Shown: positions 19,787-29,812 of the stretch, one piece after another
Layout of the letters: every line of letters begins with the position of its first letter
Position numbering within the stretch: the first letter of the stretch is position 1
Source: an uncultured Acidimicrobiia bacterium
GTDB taxonomy: Bacteria; Actinomycetota; Acidimicrobiia; Acidimicrobiales; AC-14
Reading direction: 5' to 3'
Assembly: GCA_963836205.1 (NCBI GenBank)
Contig: CAWIIV010000006.1
Coordinates: forward strand, 512,001 to 576,000
DNA: 64,000 nt
Position numbers and translations under genes: made by a program
Notes under the pieces: model-generated
Told to the model about the DNA's origin: nothing
The model's database searches: none
What the model saw: only the letters and a program-made list of their open reading frames with translations

Positions 19787-20553
19787 GAAAGGAAACCCGT
19801 CAACGGTGATGACGCGTTCGCCACCCCTCCCACCGACGGCAGCCCGGCCAGGAACCCCCGGCGACCGGCCTCGACCGCCAACCGGAACGCCGCCGCCATC
19901 GCGGCCGGCGAGCCGGCGGTGCCGATAGCGGTGTTCACCAGCACCGCGTCGGCCCCCAGCTCCAGCGCCTCGGCCGCCTGCGACGGTGCCCCGATGCCGG
20001 CGTCGACCACCACCGGCACCAGCGACTGCTCGACGATGATCTCCAGCGCCCCCCGGGTCCGCAGCCCCTGGTTCGACCCGATCCACGAGCCCAGCGGCAT
20101 CACCGTCGCGCACCCGACCTCCTCCAGCCGCTTGCAAAGCACCGGGTCGGCGTTGACGTAGGGCAGTACCGTGAACCCGTCCCGACACAGGATCTCGGCC
20201 GCCTTGAGCGTCTCCACCCCGTCGGGCAGGAGGTACCGGGGCTCGGGCGTGATCTCCAGCTTGATCCACGTGGGCAGCCCCGCGGCCCGGGCCAGGCGAG
20301 CCAGGCGCACCGCCTCCTCCGCGTCGTCGGCGCCCGACGTGTTTGTCAACAGCAACACCCGCTCAGGGTCGATTGCATCCAGAATGTCGCCGTCGACCGC
20401 GGTCACATCCACGCGCCGCAACGCAACCGTCACCATCTCGGTCCCGGACGCCTCGATCGCCGCCCGCAGCGACTCGTTGGACGGGAACTTCCCGGTCCCG
20501 AGAAACAGGCGGGACTGAAACGTCCGTCCCGCGATCACCAGCGAATCCGACAC
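19783..20553 (-). CDS. thiG: Thiazole synthase ThiG
   Basis: [68 protein letters not shown]. Confidence 0.96.
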   Translation of the reverse strand: MSDSLVIAGRTFQSRLFLGTGKFPSNESLRAAIEASGTEMVTVALRRVDVTAVDGDILDAIDPERVLLLTNTSGADDAEEAVRLARLARAAGLPTWIKLEITPEPRYLLPDGVETLKAAEILCRDGFTVLPYVNADPVLCKRLEEVGCATVMPLGSWIGSNQGLRTRGALEIIVEQSLVPVVVDAGIGAPSQAAEALELGADAVLVNTAIGTAGSPAAMAAAFRLAVEAGRRGFLAGLPSVGGVANASSPLTGFLS

Positions 20554-20557
20554 CCTG

Positions 20558-20650
20558 ACGCTGCCTTTCGCCCGCATTACCGGGCCGGTCTGGAGGGTCG
20601 CGGGCCGGTCGGGCCCGCCTCTCAGCCCGGCGCTCCGAGCTCCCCTGCGT
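20558..20650 (-). promoter_or_regulatory. TPP riboswitch (atypical P4/P5 region) upstream of thiG
   Basis: Minus strand ACGCAGGGGAGCTCGG..CCGGGCTGAGAGG..GACCCT..CCCGGTAATGCGGGCGAAAGGCAGCGT, with GCTGAGA motif, P5 loop GTAATG and P1 ACGC/GCGT, directly before a thiamine operon. Confidence 0.85.
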
Positions 20651-20670
20651 TCGCGTTCTACCGTACAACC

Positions 20671-21030
20671 GTGCGCTACTGGACCGTGGAGGAGGCGCGG
20701 GACTACCTGCCCCGGCTGAAGCAGCTGGTGGAGTCCGTCCGCCACACCAACCAGGTGCAGGCGGGCAAGGTCGGGTCGCGGAACGGCAACGTCTCGCCCG
20801 TGGCCGAGGCCCGGGAGGCGATCGCCGAGATCAAGGCGGGCGACATCATCCTGCGGGACGCCACCACCGGCCTGAGCGACTTCCCGGCCCTCGGCGAGGA
20901 CGGGGTGGTCTACTACCTGTGCTGGCGGCTGGGCGAGGACGAGCTGTCGTGGTGGCACCTGCCCGAGGAGGGTTTCCCCGGCCGCAAACCCCTCCCCCGC
21001 TACCCACGTGGTCCCGGAGGATCCCTGTGA
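20671..21030 (+). CDS. DUF2203-like protein
   Basis: [52 protein letters not shown]. Confidence 0.88.
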   Translation: MRYWTVEEARDYLPRLKQLVESVRHTNQVQAGKVGSRNGNVSPVAEAREAIAEIKAGDIILRDATTGLSDFPALGEDGVVYYLCWRLGEDELSWWHLPEEGFPGRKPLPRYPRGPGGSL

Positions 21031-21122
21031 GCACGCGCAAACTGATCGTCCTGGCCCTGCTGGCGGGGTTGGCGATCCTCATCGCCTTCACCATCCAGAT
21101 CACGATGGCGACCAACAGGTAG
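21027..21122 (+). CDS. 31-aa single-TM small protein
   Basis: GGAGG SD, GTGA overlap with the upstream stop, [31 protein letters not shown]. Confidence 0.7.
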   Translation: MSTRKLIVLALLAGLAILIAFTIQITMATNR

Positions 21123-21249
21123 CTCGTGCCTGGCCACCGCGGCGCCCGGCGAGCGAGCCCTCCCCACGGCCACCGTTCGCCCCCGCGGAAGATGTCAACC
21201 GTGGGTGGAACGTAAACTTGGCGGTCAACGAGGCTGTGGAGGTTGGTAG

Positions 21250-22650
21250 ATGCGTCGGACAAGGCCCATGTTGCGAGTTGCCGTTCTGTTTCTGACCGTG
21301 AGCGCGTCGCTGGTCACGGCCGCGAGCCGGGCTGACGCCGCCGTCTCCAGCTCGAGCTCCATGACGGTTCCCGTCGCGTCGGCGGTCGGCAACAGTGGCC
21401 TGGCCGGCTCCATCACGGTGCGCAACATCAACACCCCCCCGAACCAGAGCGAGACCAACACCGTGAACCAGCTGCGCCTCGCCCCCTCGTGCGGGAGCGC
21501 TCCAGTTGGCGCCAACCCCTGCCCCACCCCCGATACGGGGGTGTTCTCTGTCGCGCCGTCCGCCTCCGGGGCGGCCGGCACCGCCTGTGCCGGGGTGACC
21601 TTCACCGCCTCCGCCCCCGACGCCGCCGGCATCGTCTCCTTCTCCTCGCCCGGCGCGGTCGTCCTCGCCCCACCGGGGGGCGCCGCGGGCAGCGACCGCT
21701 GCACCGTCAACTTCACCTACAGCACCCTGAAGCTGCCCACGATCGACGTCGACCCGCCGACTCCTGGGGCGCAGACGTTCACCAACGCCCGGACCCAGAG
21801 CACCAGCTCAGGCGGCCAAACGGTGTCCAACTCGTTGAACGTGATGGTCACCGTTGTCCCTGCCCTCGGCGGCTCGACCGTGGCCGACTTCGGTAACGAC
21901 GGGAGGACCGACTTCGCCCTGTTCCGGCCCTCCACGGGCACCTGGCTCGTCCGCAACAGCACCGGCCCCGACCAGATCACGCCATGGGGAACGAACGGCG
22001 ACGTGGCCGTCGCCGGCGATTACAACGCCAACGGCGCGGCCGACCGGGCCGTGTTCCGACCGTCCTCGGGCATGTGGTTCGTCCAGGGCGGTCCCACGGC
22101 CGCGTGGGGAACCTCGGGCGACGTCCCAGTGCCCGCCGACTACGACGGGAACGGTGCCACCGACATCGCCGTGTTCCGGCCGTCGACCGGCACCTGGTAC
22201 GTCAGCGGCGGCGGGGCGGCGGTGGTCTGGGGGACGTCGGGCGACGTCGCCGTTCCCGGCGACTACAACGGGAACGGCACCGACGAGCGAGCGGTGTACC
22301 GCCCCTCCACCGCCGCCTGGTACGTGCAGGGCGGCACGACCACGATCTTCGGTACGGCCGGCGACATCCCTGTGCCCGGCGACTACGACGGAAACGGCAC
22401 GACCGACATCGCCGTGTTCCGGCCGTCGACCGGCATCTGGTACGTCCAGGGCAGCGCGGCGGTGGCCTGGGGGACGTCGGGCGACATCCCCGTACCGGGC
22501 GACTACGACGGCAACGGCACGACCGACCGCGCCGTCTTCCGCAAGTCGACCGGGACCTGGTACGTCCAGGGTGGGAGCGCCACCGTCTGGGGGGCGTCCG
22601 GCGACGTCCCGGTGGCCCTGCCGCCGGCCATCAGGGCGATCGTTCCCTGA
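21250..22650 (+). CDS. Secreted protein with Cys-containing N-domain and FG-GAP/VCBS-like beta-propeller repeats
   Basis: Signal peptide; about six ~40-aa repeats WGTSGDxPVPGDYDGNGxTDxAVFRPSTGTWYV. Confidence 0.88.
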   Translation: MRRTRPMLRVAVLFLTVSASLVTAASRADAAVSSSSSMTVPVASAVGNSGLAGSITVRNINTPPNQSETNTVNQLRLAPSCGSAPVGANPCPTPDTGVFSVAPSASGAAGTACAGVTFTASAPDAAGIVSFSSPGAVVLAPPGGAAGSDRCTVNFTYSTLKLPTIDVDPPTPGAQTFTNARTQSTSSGGQTVSNSLNVMVTVVPALGGSTVADFGNDGRTDFALFRPSTGTWLVRNSTGPDQITPWGTNGDVAVAGDYNANGAADRAVFRPSSGMWFVQGGPTAAWGTSGDVPVPADYDGNGATDIAVFRPSTGTWYVSGGGAAVVWGTSGDVAVPGDYNGNGTDERAVYRPSTAAWYVQGGTTTIFGTAGDIPVPGDYDGNGTTDIAVFRPSTGIWYVQGSAAVAWGTSGDIPVPGDYDGNGTTDRAVFRKSTGTWYVQGGSATVWGASGDVPVALPPAIRAIVP

Positions 22651-22798
22651 GAGGGCCCCGGCACCGGCCGGGTCGTTCGAGGACGTCTTCCGTCGGGGGC
22701 GATCAACCGGCCTCCTCCCGAACGGGCCGTTCACCGCCGGATGACGGTCGTGGGGCAGCGGTGAATCCCCCACGAGGGCGCCGGTAGGCTCTCGATCG

Positions 22799-24200
22799 AT
22801 GGCTGACGCATACGACATCGTCGTGATCGGAGGCGGACCGGGCGGGTACGCGGCCGCCCTCTACGCCGCAGGCGCCGGACTTTCGGTCGCCGTTGTCGAG
22901 AAGGACAAGGTCGGCGGCACGTGCCTGCACCGAGGCTGCATCCCGGCCAAGCAGTTCCTGGAGACGGCCAGCGTGTTCCGCACCGTGGCCGGGGCCAAGG
23001 AGTTCGGCATCCAGGCCGAGCAGCCCACGGTCGACTTCGCCGTCAGCCAGGCCCGCAAGCAGAAGGTGGTCAACCAGCTCTGGAAGGGTCTCCAGACGCT
23101 GATGAAGAGCCGCAAGATCACCACCGTCACCGGCACCGGCGCCCTCGGCCCCGGCCGGACGGTGCGAGGTGACCGACGCCGACGGCGGCACCACCGAGCT
23201 CGTCGGACGTCAGGTGATCCTGGCCTCGGGATCGGTGCCCCGCACCCTGCCCGGCTTCGAGGTCGACGGACGCTTCGTGCTCACGTCCGACGAGGTCCTC
23301 GCCCTCGACCGCCTGCCGGGCTCGGCCGTGGTCATCGGCGGCGGGGCCATCGGCTGCGAGTTCGCCTCCATGATGAGCGACCTCGGCACCCAGGTCACCG
23401 TCCTGGAGGCCCTTCCCCGGATGTTGGCCGGCTGCGACGCCGACGTGGCCGAGGTGGTCGCCCGCTCGTTCAAGCGGCGGGGCATCGACGTGCACGCCGG
23501 CGTCCCCGTCCACGGCCACCAGCAGGGCGACGGCCAGACCACGGTGAGCTTCGGCGACGGCAAGTCGGTCACGGTCGACGTGGTCGTGGTCTCGGTCGGT
23601 CGCCGGCCCCTGAGTGACGGGCTCCTCCTCGACGGCACCGCGGTCGAGGTCGACAGGCGGGGTTTCGTGGCCGTCGACGAGCTCATGCGCACCGCCGAGG
23701 ACGGCGTCTACGCAGTCGGCGACCTGGTCAACACGCCCCAACTGGCCCACGTCGGCTTCGCCGAGGCCATCGTGGCGGTGCAGCACATCCTGGGCGAGGA
23801 CCCCGTCCCGGTCGACTACGGCAACGTGCCCTGGGCCATCTACTGCCACCCCGAGGTCGCCTTCGCCGGTGTGTCGGAGCAGACCGCCCGCGACGCCGGG
23901 CGCGACGTGGTCGTGTCCAAGCACCGGTTCGCCTCGAGCAGCCGGGCCATGATCATCGGGGAGACGGAGGGATTGGTGAAGGTGATCGCCGAGAAGGCGC
24001 CGGACGGGCGGGCCGGCAAGCTGCTGGGCGTGCACATGGCCGGACCGTGGGTGACGGAGCAGCTGGCCGAGGGCTGGCTGGCCGTGAACTGGGAGGCCAC
24101 GCCCGACGACATGGCGCCGTTCATCCATCCCCACCCGACCCTGTCGGAGACGTTCGGCGAGGCCGTCCTGACCCTCACCGGAAGGGGGTTGCACGGCTGA
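22799..24200 (+). CDS. lpdA: Dihydrolipoyl dehydrogenase (frameshift near 23165)
   Basis: GGGPGGY, GGTCLHRGCIP, GGGAIGCE, YAVGD, HPHPTLSE; split over ORFs 22799..23617 and 23169..24200. Confidence 0.92.
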
Positions 24201-25720
24201 TGGACGTCACCATGCCCCAGCTGGGCGAGACCGTCACCGAGGGCACCATCACCCGGTGGTTCAAGCAGGTCGGCGACCAGGTGGCGGAGGACGAGGCCCT
24301 CTTCGAGGTCTCCACCGACAAGGTCGACTCCGAGGTGCCGGCGTCGGCGTCCGGCTACCTGTCCGAGATCCTGGTCAAGGAGGGCGAGACGGTCGACGTC
24401 GGCGCCAAGCTGGCTGTCATCTCCGACCAGCCCGCCGGTGCCGGTGCCGGCGGCGGAGGCGACTCCAACGGCCAGGGCGCGGCGGAGGCGCCCGCACCCG
24501 ATGCGGATGCCGAGGCCGAGGCCACTGGCGAAGCCGACGACACCGATTCGGCCGAGGCCGACGACGCCGAGGCGGCCCAGGACGAGGCTGCTGCGGACGA
24601 AGCCACCGCGGAACCCGAGCCCGCGCCGAAGTCGGCCGCCACCGCGGCGTCGCCCTCGTCGGCCGCGCCCAAGTCCGCCCCGGCCGCACCCACGCCGCCC
24701 GCGACGTCTCGGTCCGCACCCGGTGGCGGCGACGGGGCCGGCCCGGCTGCTGGGCCCAAGCGGGTGCTCTCGCCCGTGGTCCGCCGCCTCATCGCCGAGC
24801 ACGACCTCGATCCCGACCAGATCGCGGGCACCGGCTACCAGAACCGGATCACCCGCGACGACGTCCTCGCCCACCTCGACAAGGGGGCCGCCGGCACCGG
24901 CCCCCGCCCGGCCGCCGCCACGTCCGCGTCCGCGCCCACCGCGCCGGCCCCGTCCGCGCCCGCCCCCGCCCGCCCGGCGGCCACCGTCCCCGCCACCGCC
25001 GGGGCCGGCGGCGATCAGGTCGTCCCCTTCTCCAACATCCGCCGGCGGACGGCCGAGCACATGGTCCGGTCCCTCGACACGTCGGCCCACGTCCTGACGG
25101 TCATCGAGGTCGACTTCGACAACGTCGACCGCGTCCGGCAGGCGGCCAAGGCCAAGTGGAAGGCCGACGAAGGCTTCTCCCTCACCTACCTCCCGTTCGT
25201 TTCCCGGGCCGTCATCGACGCCATCCGTGAGTTCCCCAACGTCAACGCCTCGGTCGACGGCGACTCGCTCGTCGTCCACCGGGCCGTCCACCTCGGCTTC
25301 GCCGTCGACCTCAACTTCGAGGGCCTCATCGTCCCCGTGATCCACGACGCCGACGCCAAGCGCATGCGCTCCCTCGGCCGGGAGCTGGCCGACCTGGCCG
25401 CCCGGGCCCGGGCCAAGAAGCTCAACGCCGACGAGATCCAGGGGGGCACGTTCACCATCACCAACCCCGGCGGCTACGGCACCCTGCTCACGTTCCCGGT
25501 CATCAACCAGCCCAACGTGGCCATCATCTCCACCGATGGCGTGAAGAAGCGCCCCGTGGTGGTCGAGCTGCCCGACGGGTCCGACGCCATCGCCATCCAC
25601 CCGGTAGGCAACCTCGCCCTCAGCTTCGACCACCGGGCCTTCGACGGCGCCTACGCGTCGGCGTTCATCGCCCGGGTCCGCGACATCCTCGAGACCCGCG
25701 ACTGGTCCCAGGAGCTGTGA
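24200..25720 (+). CDS. 2-oxoacid dehydrogenase E2 dihydrolipoamide acyltransferase (DlaT/SucB type)
   Basis: MPQLGETVTEG, EVSTDKVDSE lipoyl domain, SPVVRRL binding domain, TFTITNPG, FDHRAFDG. Confidence 0.93.
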   Translation: MDVTMPQLGETVTEGTITRWFKQVGDQVAEDEALFEVSTDKVDSEVPASASGYLSEILVKEGETVDVGAKLAVISDQPAGAGAGGGGDSNGQGAAEAPAPDADAEAEATGEADDTDSAEADDAEAAQDEAAADEATAEPEPAPKSAATAASPSSAAPKSAPAAPTPPATSRSAPGGGDGAGPAAGPKRVLSPVVRRLIAEHDLDPDQIAGTGYQNRITRDDVLAHLDKGAAGTGPRPAAATSASAPTAPAPSAPAPARPAATVPATAGAGGDQVVPFSNIRRRTAEHMVRSLDTSAHVLTVIEVDFDNVDRVRQAAKAKWKADEGFSLTYLPFVSRAVIDAIREFPNVNASVDGDSLVVHRAVHLGFAVDLNFEGLIVPVIHDADAKRMRSLGRELADLAARARAKKLNADEIQGGTFTITNPGGYGTLLTFPVINQPNVAIISTDGVKKRPVVVELPDGSDAIAIHPVGNLALSFDHRAFDGAYASAFIARVRDILETRDWSQEL

Positions 25721-25728
25721 CCGCCTCC

Positions 25729-25778
25729 GAACTGGTGACACATCTGGGGGCCCCGACCACCAGATCCGTCACCAGTTG
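25729..25778. repeat. 50-nt palindromic REP-like element, copy A
   Basis: GAACTGGTGACACATCTGG..CCAGATCCGTCACCAGTTG; homolog at 60351-60400. Confidence 0.7.
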
Positions 25779-25794
25779 GCACTGAGGCGGGGCC

Positions 25795-27303
25795 GTGCTC
25801 CGGGCCCGGTGGCTGGGGCGGACGCAGTTCGCCGACGCCCACGCCCTCCAGCGGGCGCTGTTCGAGCGGGCCACCGACCCCTACCTGCTCCTCTTGGAGC
25901 ACCCGCACGTCTTCACCCTGGGCTTGCGGGGGACCCTCGACCACGTCCTGACCGACCTCGGGGCGCCGCTGGTCCGCACCGACCGGGGCGGCGACGTCAC
26001 CTACCACGGGCCGGGCCAGCTCGTCGGCTACCCGATCCTCACCTGGCCCAACGGCCCGGGCGCCACGCCCGCCTACGTCCACAGCGTCGAGCAACTGGTG
26101 ATCGACGTGTGCGCCGACTTCGGCCTCGGCGGTGCCGGCCGTCTCTCCGGCTATCCGGGCGTGTGGGTCGACGGCTGCCGCAAGCTGTGCGCCATCGGCG
26201 TCCGCCGCAGCCGGGGCCGCACCATGCACGGCTTCGCCCTCAACGTCGACCCCGACCTGTCGTGGTTCGACCGCATCGTCCCCTGCGGCATCGACGGCTG
26301 CCAGGTCACGTCGCTGGCGGCGGAGGGCGTCGACGTCCCCATGGCCGAGGTGGTCGAGCGCCTCGTCACCCGGGCGGCCGACCAGTGGGACGGGGGACGG
26401 TACGAGGTCACGTCGGTCGAGGGCGAGCGTCCCACCGGCGGCCTCCCGGTCGACGAGCGCAAGCCGCCGTGGCTGCGGGTGCGGGCCGACCTCGGCGCCG
26501 GCTACCGCGACGTCAAGCGCACCATGCGCAGCCTCGACCTGGTGACGGTGTGCGAGGAGGCGGGCTGCCCCAACATCTTTGAGTGCTGGGCCGACGGCAC
26601 GGCCACCTTCATGGTCAACGGCGACCAGTGCACCCGGGCCTGCCGCTTCTGCCTGGTCGACACGTCCCGCCCGTCGGGGGCGCCCGACCCGGCCGAGCCC
26701 GAACGGGTGGCGGAGGCGGTGGCCGAGATGGGACTGGCCCATGCGGTGGTCACCGCGGTGGCGCGTGACGACCTCCCCGACGGGGGCGCGGCCGCCATCG
26801 GCGCGACGGTCGACGCCATCCGCCGCCGCTCGCCCGGCGTCACCGTCGAGGTCCTCATCCCCGACTGCAAGGGCGACCCCGACGCCCTGGCCGCCATCTT
26901 CGCCACCCGCCCCGACGTCCTCAACCACAACCTGGAAACGGTCGCCCGCCTGCAACGGCTGGTCCGTCCCTCCGCCGGCTACGCCCGGAGCCTGGCCGTC
27001 CTGGCCCGGGCCAAGGCGGCCGGGCTCACCACCAAGTCGGGCCTGATCGTGGGGATGGGCGAGACGGAGGACGAGGTGGTGGCGGCCATGACCGACCTCC
27101 GCAGCGTCGGCGTCGACATCCTCACCGTGGGACAGTACCTGCGCCCGTCGGCCGACCACCTGCCCGTCGCCCGGTGGTGGGCGCCCGAGGACTTCGACCG
27201 GGTACGCGCCGCCGGCGCCGCCCTCGGCTTCGCCCACGTGGAGGCGTCGCCCCTCACCCGATCGAGCTATCACGCCCGCCAGGCCGCCGAGGCCGCCCGC
27301 TGA
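25795..27303 (+). CDS. lipA: Fused octanoyltransferase LipB / lipoyl synthase LipA
   Basis: N-half LLEHPHVFTLG, DRGGDVTYHGPGQLVGY, HGFALN, IVPCG; C-half TVCEEAGCPNIFEC, CTRACRFC, NHNLETV, TKSG, RSSYHA. Confidence 0.94.
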   Translation: MLRARWLGRTQFADAHALQRALFERATDPYLLLLEHPHVFTLGLRGTLDHVLTDLGAPLVRTDRGGDVTYHGPGQLVGYPILTWPNGPGATPAYVHSVEQLVIDVCADFGLGGAGRLSGYPGVWVDGCRKLCAIGVRRSRGRTMHGFALNVDPDLSWFDRIVPCGIDGCQVTSLAAEGVDVPMAEVVERLVTRAADQWDGGRYEVTSVEGERPTGGLPVDERKPPWLRVRADLGAGYRDVKRTMRSLDLVTVCEEAGCPNIFECWADGTATFMVNGDQCTRACRFCLVDTSRPSGAPDPAEPERVAEAVAEMGLAHAVVTAVARDDLPDGGAAAIGATVDAIRRRSPGVTVEVLIPDCKGDPDALAAIFATRPDVLNHNLETVARLQRLVRPSAGYARSLAVLARAKAAGLTTKSGLIVGMGETEDEVVAAMTDLRSVGVDILTVGQYLRPSADHLPVARWWAPEDFDRVRAAGAALGFAHVEASPLTRSSYHARQAAEAAR

Positions 27304-28670
27304 CCCGTACCGCGGTCGTCTGGTTCCGGCGCGACCTCCGCCTGGCCGACCACCCCGCCCTCCTGGCCGCCCTCGACGCGGCCGACGAGGTGGTGGCCCT
27401 GTTCGTCAAGGACCCGCACCTGCAACGGTCGTCGGGGGCGCCCCGGCTGGCGTTCCTCGCCGGCTGCCTGGCCGAGCTCCACGAGCGCACCGGTGGCCAC
27501 CTCGTCCTCCGCACCGGCGACCCGGCCAAGGAGGTGGCGGCGGTGGCCCGGGAGGTCGAGGCCGACCACGTCTTCGTCACCGCCGACTTCGGCCCCTATG
27601 GCACCCGCCGGGACGAGGCCGTCGACAAGGCCCTCGGCGGCAGCCTGGTCGCGGTCGACTCGCCCTACGCGGTCGCCCCGGGCGACGTCACCACCGCCAC
27701 CGGCGAGCCGTTCAAGGTGTTCACCCCCTTCCACCGCCGGTGGAAGGAGCACGGCTGGGGCCTGCCGGCCGACGAGCCCGCCGACCCGAGGTGGGTCACC
27801 GGCCTTCGCTCCGAGCCCGTCCCCCAGGGTCCCGACCTGGGCGGCACCACCATCCTCCCGCCGGGCGAGGCCGCCGGCCGGGCCCGCCTGGCCGACTTCG
27901 CCGAGCGGGTGCCCCGCTACGCCAAGGGCCGTGACTTCCCCGCCGAGGACGCCACCAGCCGGCTGAGCGCCTACCTCAAGTACGGCTGCGTCCACCCCCG
28001 CCAGGCCCTCGACGCGGTGAGGCATCGCAAGGGCGAGGGGGCGGAGCGGTTCCGGGCCGAGCTCGCCTGGCGGGACTTCTACGCCTCGATCCTGGCCGCC
28101 TTCCCGTGGTCGGCGCGCCACGCCTTCCGCCCCGAGATGGCGGCCATGAAGCTCGACACCGGCCCCGACGCCGACCGTCGCTTCGAGGCGTGGGCCGCGG
28201 GCCGCACCGGCTACCCGATCGTCGATGCCGGGATGCGCCAGCTGGCCGAGGAGGCATGGATGCACAACCGGGTGCGGATGATCGTGGCCAGCTTCCTGGT
28301 GAAGGACCTGCACATCGACTGGGTGCGGGGCGCCGACCTGTTCCTCGACCGCCTCCAGGACGGCGACCTGGCCTCGAACAACCACGGCTGGCAGTGGGTG
28401 GCCGGCACCGGCACCGACCCGGCTCCTTTCTTCCGCATCTTCAACCCCACCACCCAGGGCAAGAAGTTCGACCCCGAGGGCGACTACGTCCGGCGGTGGG
28501 TGCCCGAGCTGCGCCACGTGGTGGGCGGCACCGTCCACGAGCCGTGGAAGCTCAAGGGGGGACCGCCGCGGGGCTACCCGCAGCCGATCGTCGACCACGA
28601 CGAGGAGCGCAAGGAGGCGCTCGCCCGCTACGACCGGATTCGGGAGCACACAACGGAGCGACGGCGGTGA
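27300..28670 (+). CDS. phrB: Deoxyribodipyrimidine photolyase
   Basis: VWFRRDLRLADH, FKVFTPF, TSRLSAYL, GRTGYPIVDAGMRQL, MHNRVRM, NNHGWQW, FRIFNP; start uncertain (CTG at 27300). Confidence 0.92.
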   Translation: MTRTAVVWFRRDLRLADHPALLAALDAADEVVALFVKDPHLQRSSGAPRLAFLAGCLAELHERTGGHLVLRTGDPAKEVAAVAREVEADHVFVTADFGPYGTRRDEAVDKALGGSLVAVDSPYAVAPGDVTTATGEPFKVFTPFHRRWKEHGWGLPADEPADPRWVTGLRSEPVPQGPDLGGTTILPPGEAAGRARLADFAERVPRYAKGRDFPAEDATSRLSAYLKYGCVHPRQALDAVRHRKGEGAERFRAELAWRDFYASILAAFPWSARHAFRPEMAAMKLDTGPDADRRFEAWAAGRTGYPIVDAGMRQLAEEAWMHNRVRMIVASFLVKDLHIDWVRGADLFLDRLQDGDLASNNHGWQWVAGTGTDPAPFFRIFNPTTQGKKFDPEGDYVRRWVPELRHVVGGTVHEPWKLKGGPPRGYPQPIVDHDEERKEALARYDRIREHTTERRR

Positions 28671-28693
28671 GCGACGGCGCGACGATCGACGAC

Positions 28694-29790
28694 ATGACCG
28701 ACACCCTCACGACCGATGCCGACCGCTGGGCCACGGTGGTGGCCCGGGACGACGCCGACTTCTACTACTCGGTGCGGACGACCGGCGTGTACTGCCGGCC
28801 GTCGTGCGCCGCCCGCCGCCCCCGCCGGGAGAACGTCGCCTTCCATACCACGCCCGCGGCGGCGGAGGAGGCCGGGTTCCGCCCCTGCCGCCGGTGCCGG
28901 CCGGACGAGGCCCCCGGCGCGGCCGCCGAGCGCCGGGCGGGGGCCGTCGCCGCCGCCTGCCGGGCCATCGAGGCCACAGCCACCGGGCAGGACGGCCCGC
29001 CGCCATCCGTCGACGATCTCGCCGCCACCGCCGGCATGAGCCGGTCGTACTTCCACCGGGCGTTCAAGGCGGTCACCGGGCTGACCCCGAAGGCGTACGC
29101 CGTCGAGGTCCGCAACCGGCGGGTTCGTGAGGCGCTCGCCTCGGGCGGCACCGGCGGCACCGTCACCGAGGCCATCTACGACGCCGGGTTCAACTCCAAC
29201 GGCCGCTTCTACGCCACCTCGACCGCCGCCCTGGGCATGACGCCGACCGCCTACCGGGCCGGCGGCACGGGGCTCGCCATCCGCTTCGGCGTGGGCGAGT
29301 GCTCGCTGGGCTCGGTCCTGGTGGCGGCCACCGACACGGGCGTGTGTGCCATCTTCCTGGGCGACGACCCCGACGCCCTCGTCCACGACCTCGAGGACCG
29401 CTTCCCGGGGGCGACCCTCACGGGCGCCGACGCCGACTTCGAGCGGTGGATGTCGGCCGTGGTCGCCCTCGTCGACGACCCCCGCACCGGCCTCGACCTG
29501 CCCCTCGACGTGCGGGGCACCGCCTTCCAGCAGCGGGTGTGGCAGGCGCTGCGGGCCATTCCCGCCGGTCGCACCGCCTCCTACTCCGAGATCGCGGCCA
29601 CGATCGGCGCGCCCACGGCGGTCCGGGCAGTGGCGGCGGCGTGCGCGGCCAACAAGATCGCGGTGGCCATTCCGTGCCACCGGGTCGTCCGCACCGACGG
29701 CTCCCTGTCCGGCTACCGGTGGGGCGTCGACCGCAAGCGCCTGCTCCGGGAGCGCGAAGCCGCCGCCCAAAGCCGGCCACCCGCCAGGGG
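28694..29790 (+). CDS. ada: Bifunctional transcriptional regulator / O6-methylguanine-DNA methyltransferase Ada (no stop of its own in this sequence; end approximate)
   Basis: TTGVYCRPSC, GFRPCRRC, AraC HTH, GTAFQQRVWQAL, IPCHRVV. Confidence 0.9.
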
Positions 29791-29812
29791 TTCGGCACGT
29801 AGCCTCTCCGAG

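Noticed and set aside
22700-22780. c-di-AMP (ydaO) riboswitch suggested by GGTGAATCCCC
   Set aside because: Other conserved elements are absent; only short GC-rich hairpins, and lpdA looks leaderless
24430-25010. Ala/Glu/Pro low-complexity stretches in the E2 gene
   Set aside because: Normal flexible linkers of dihydrolipoamide acyltransferases
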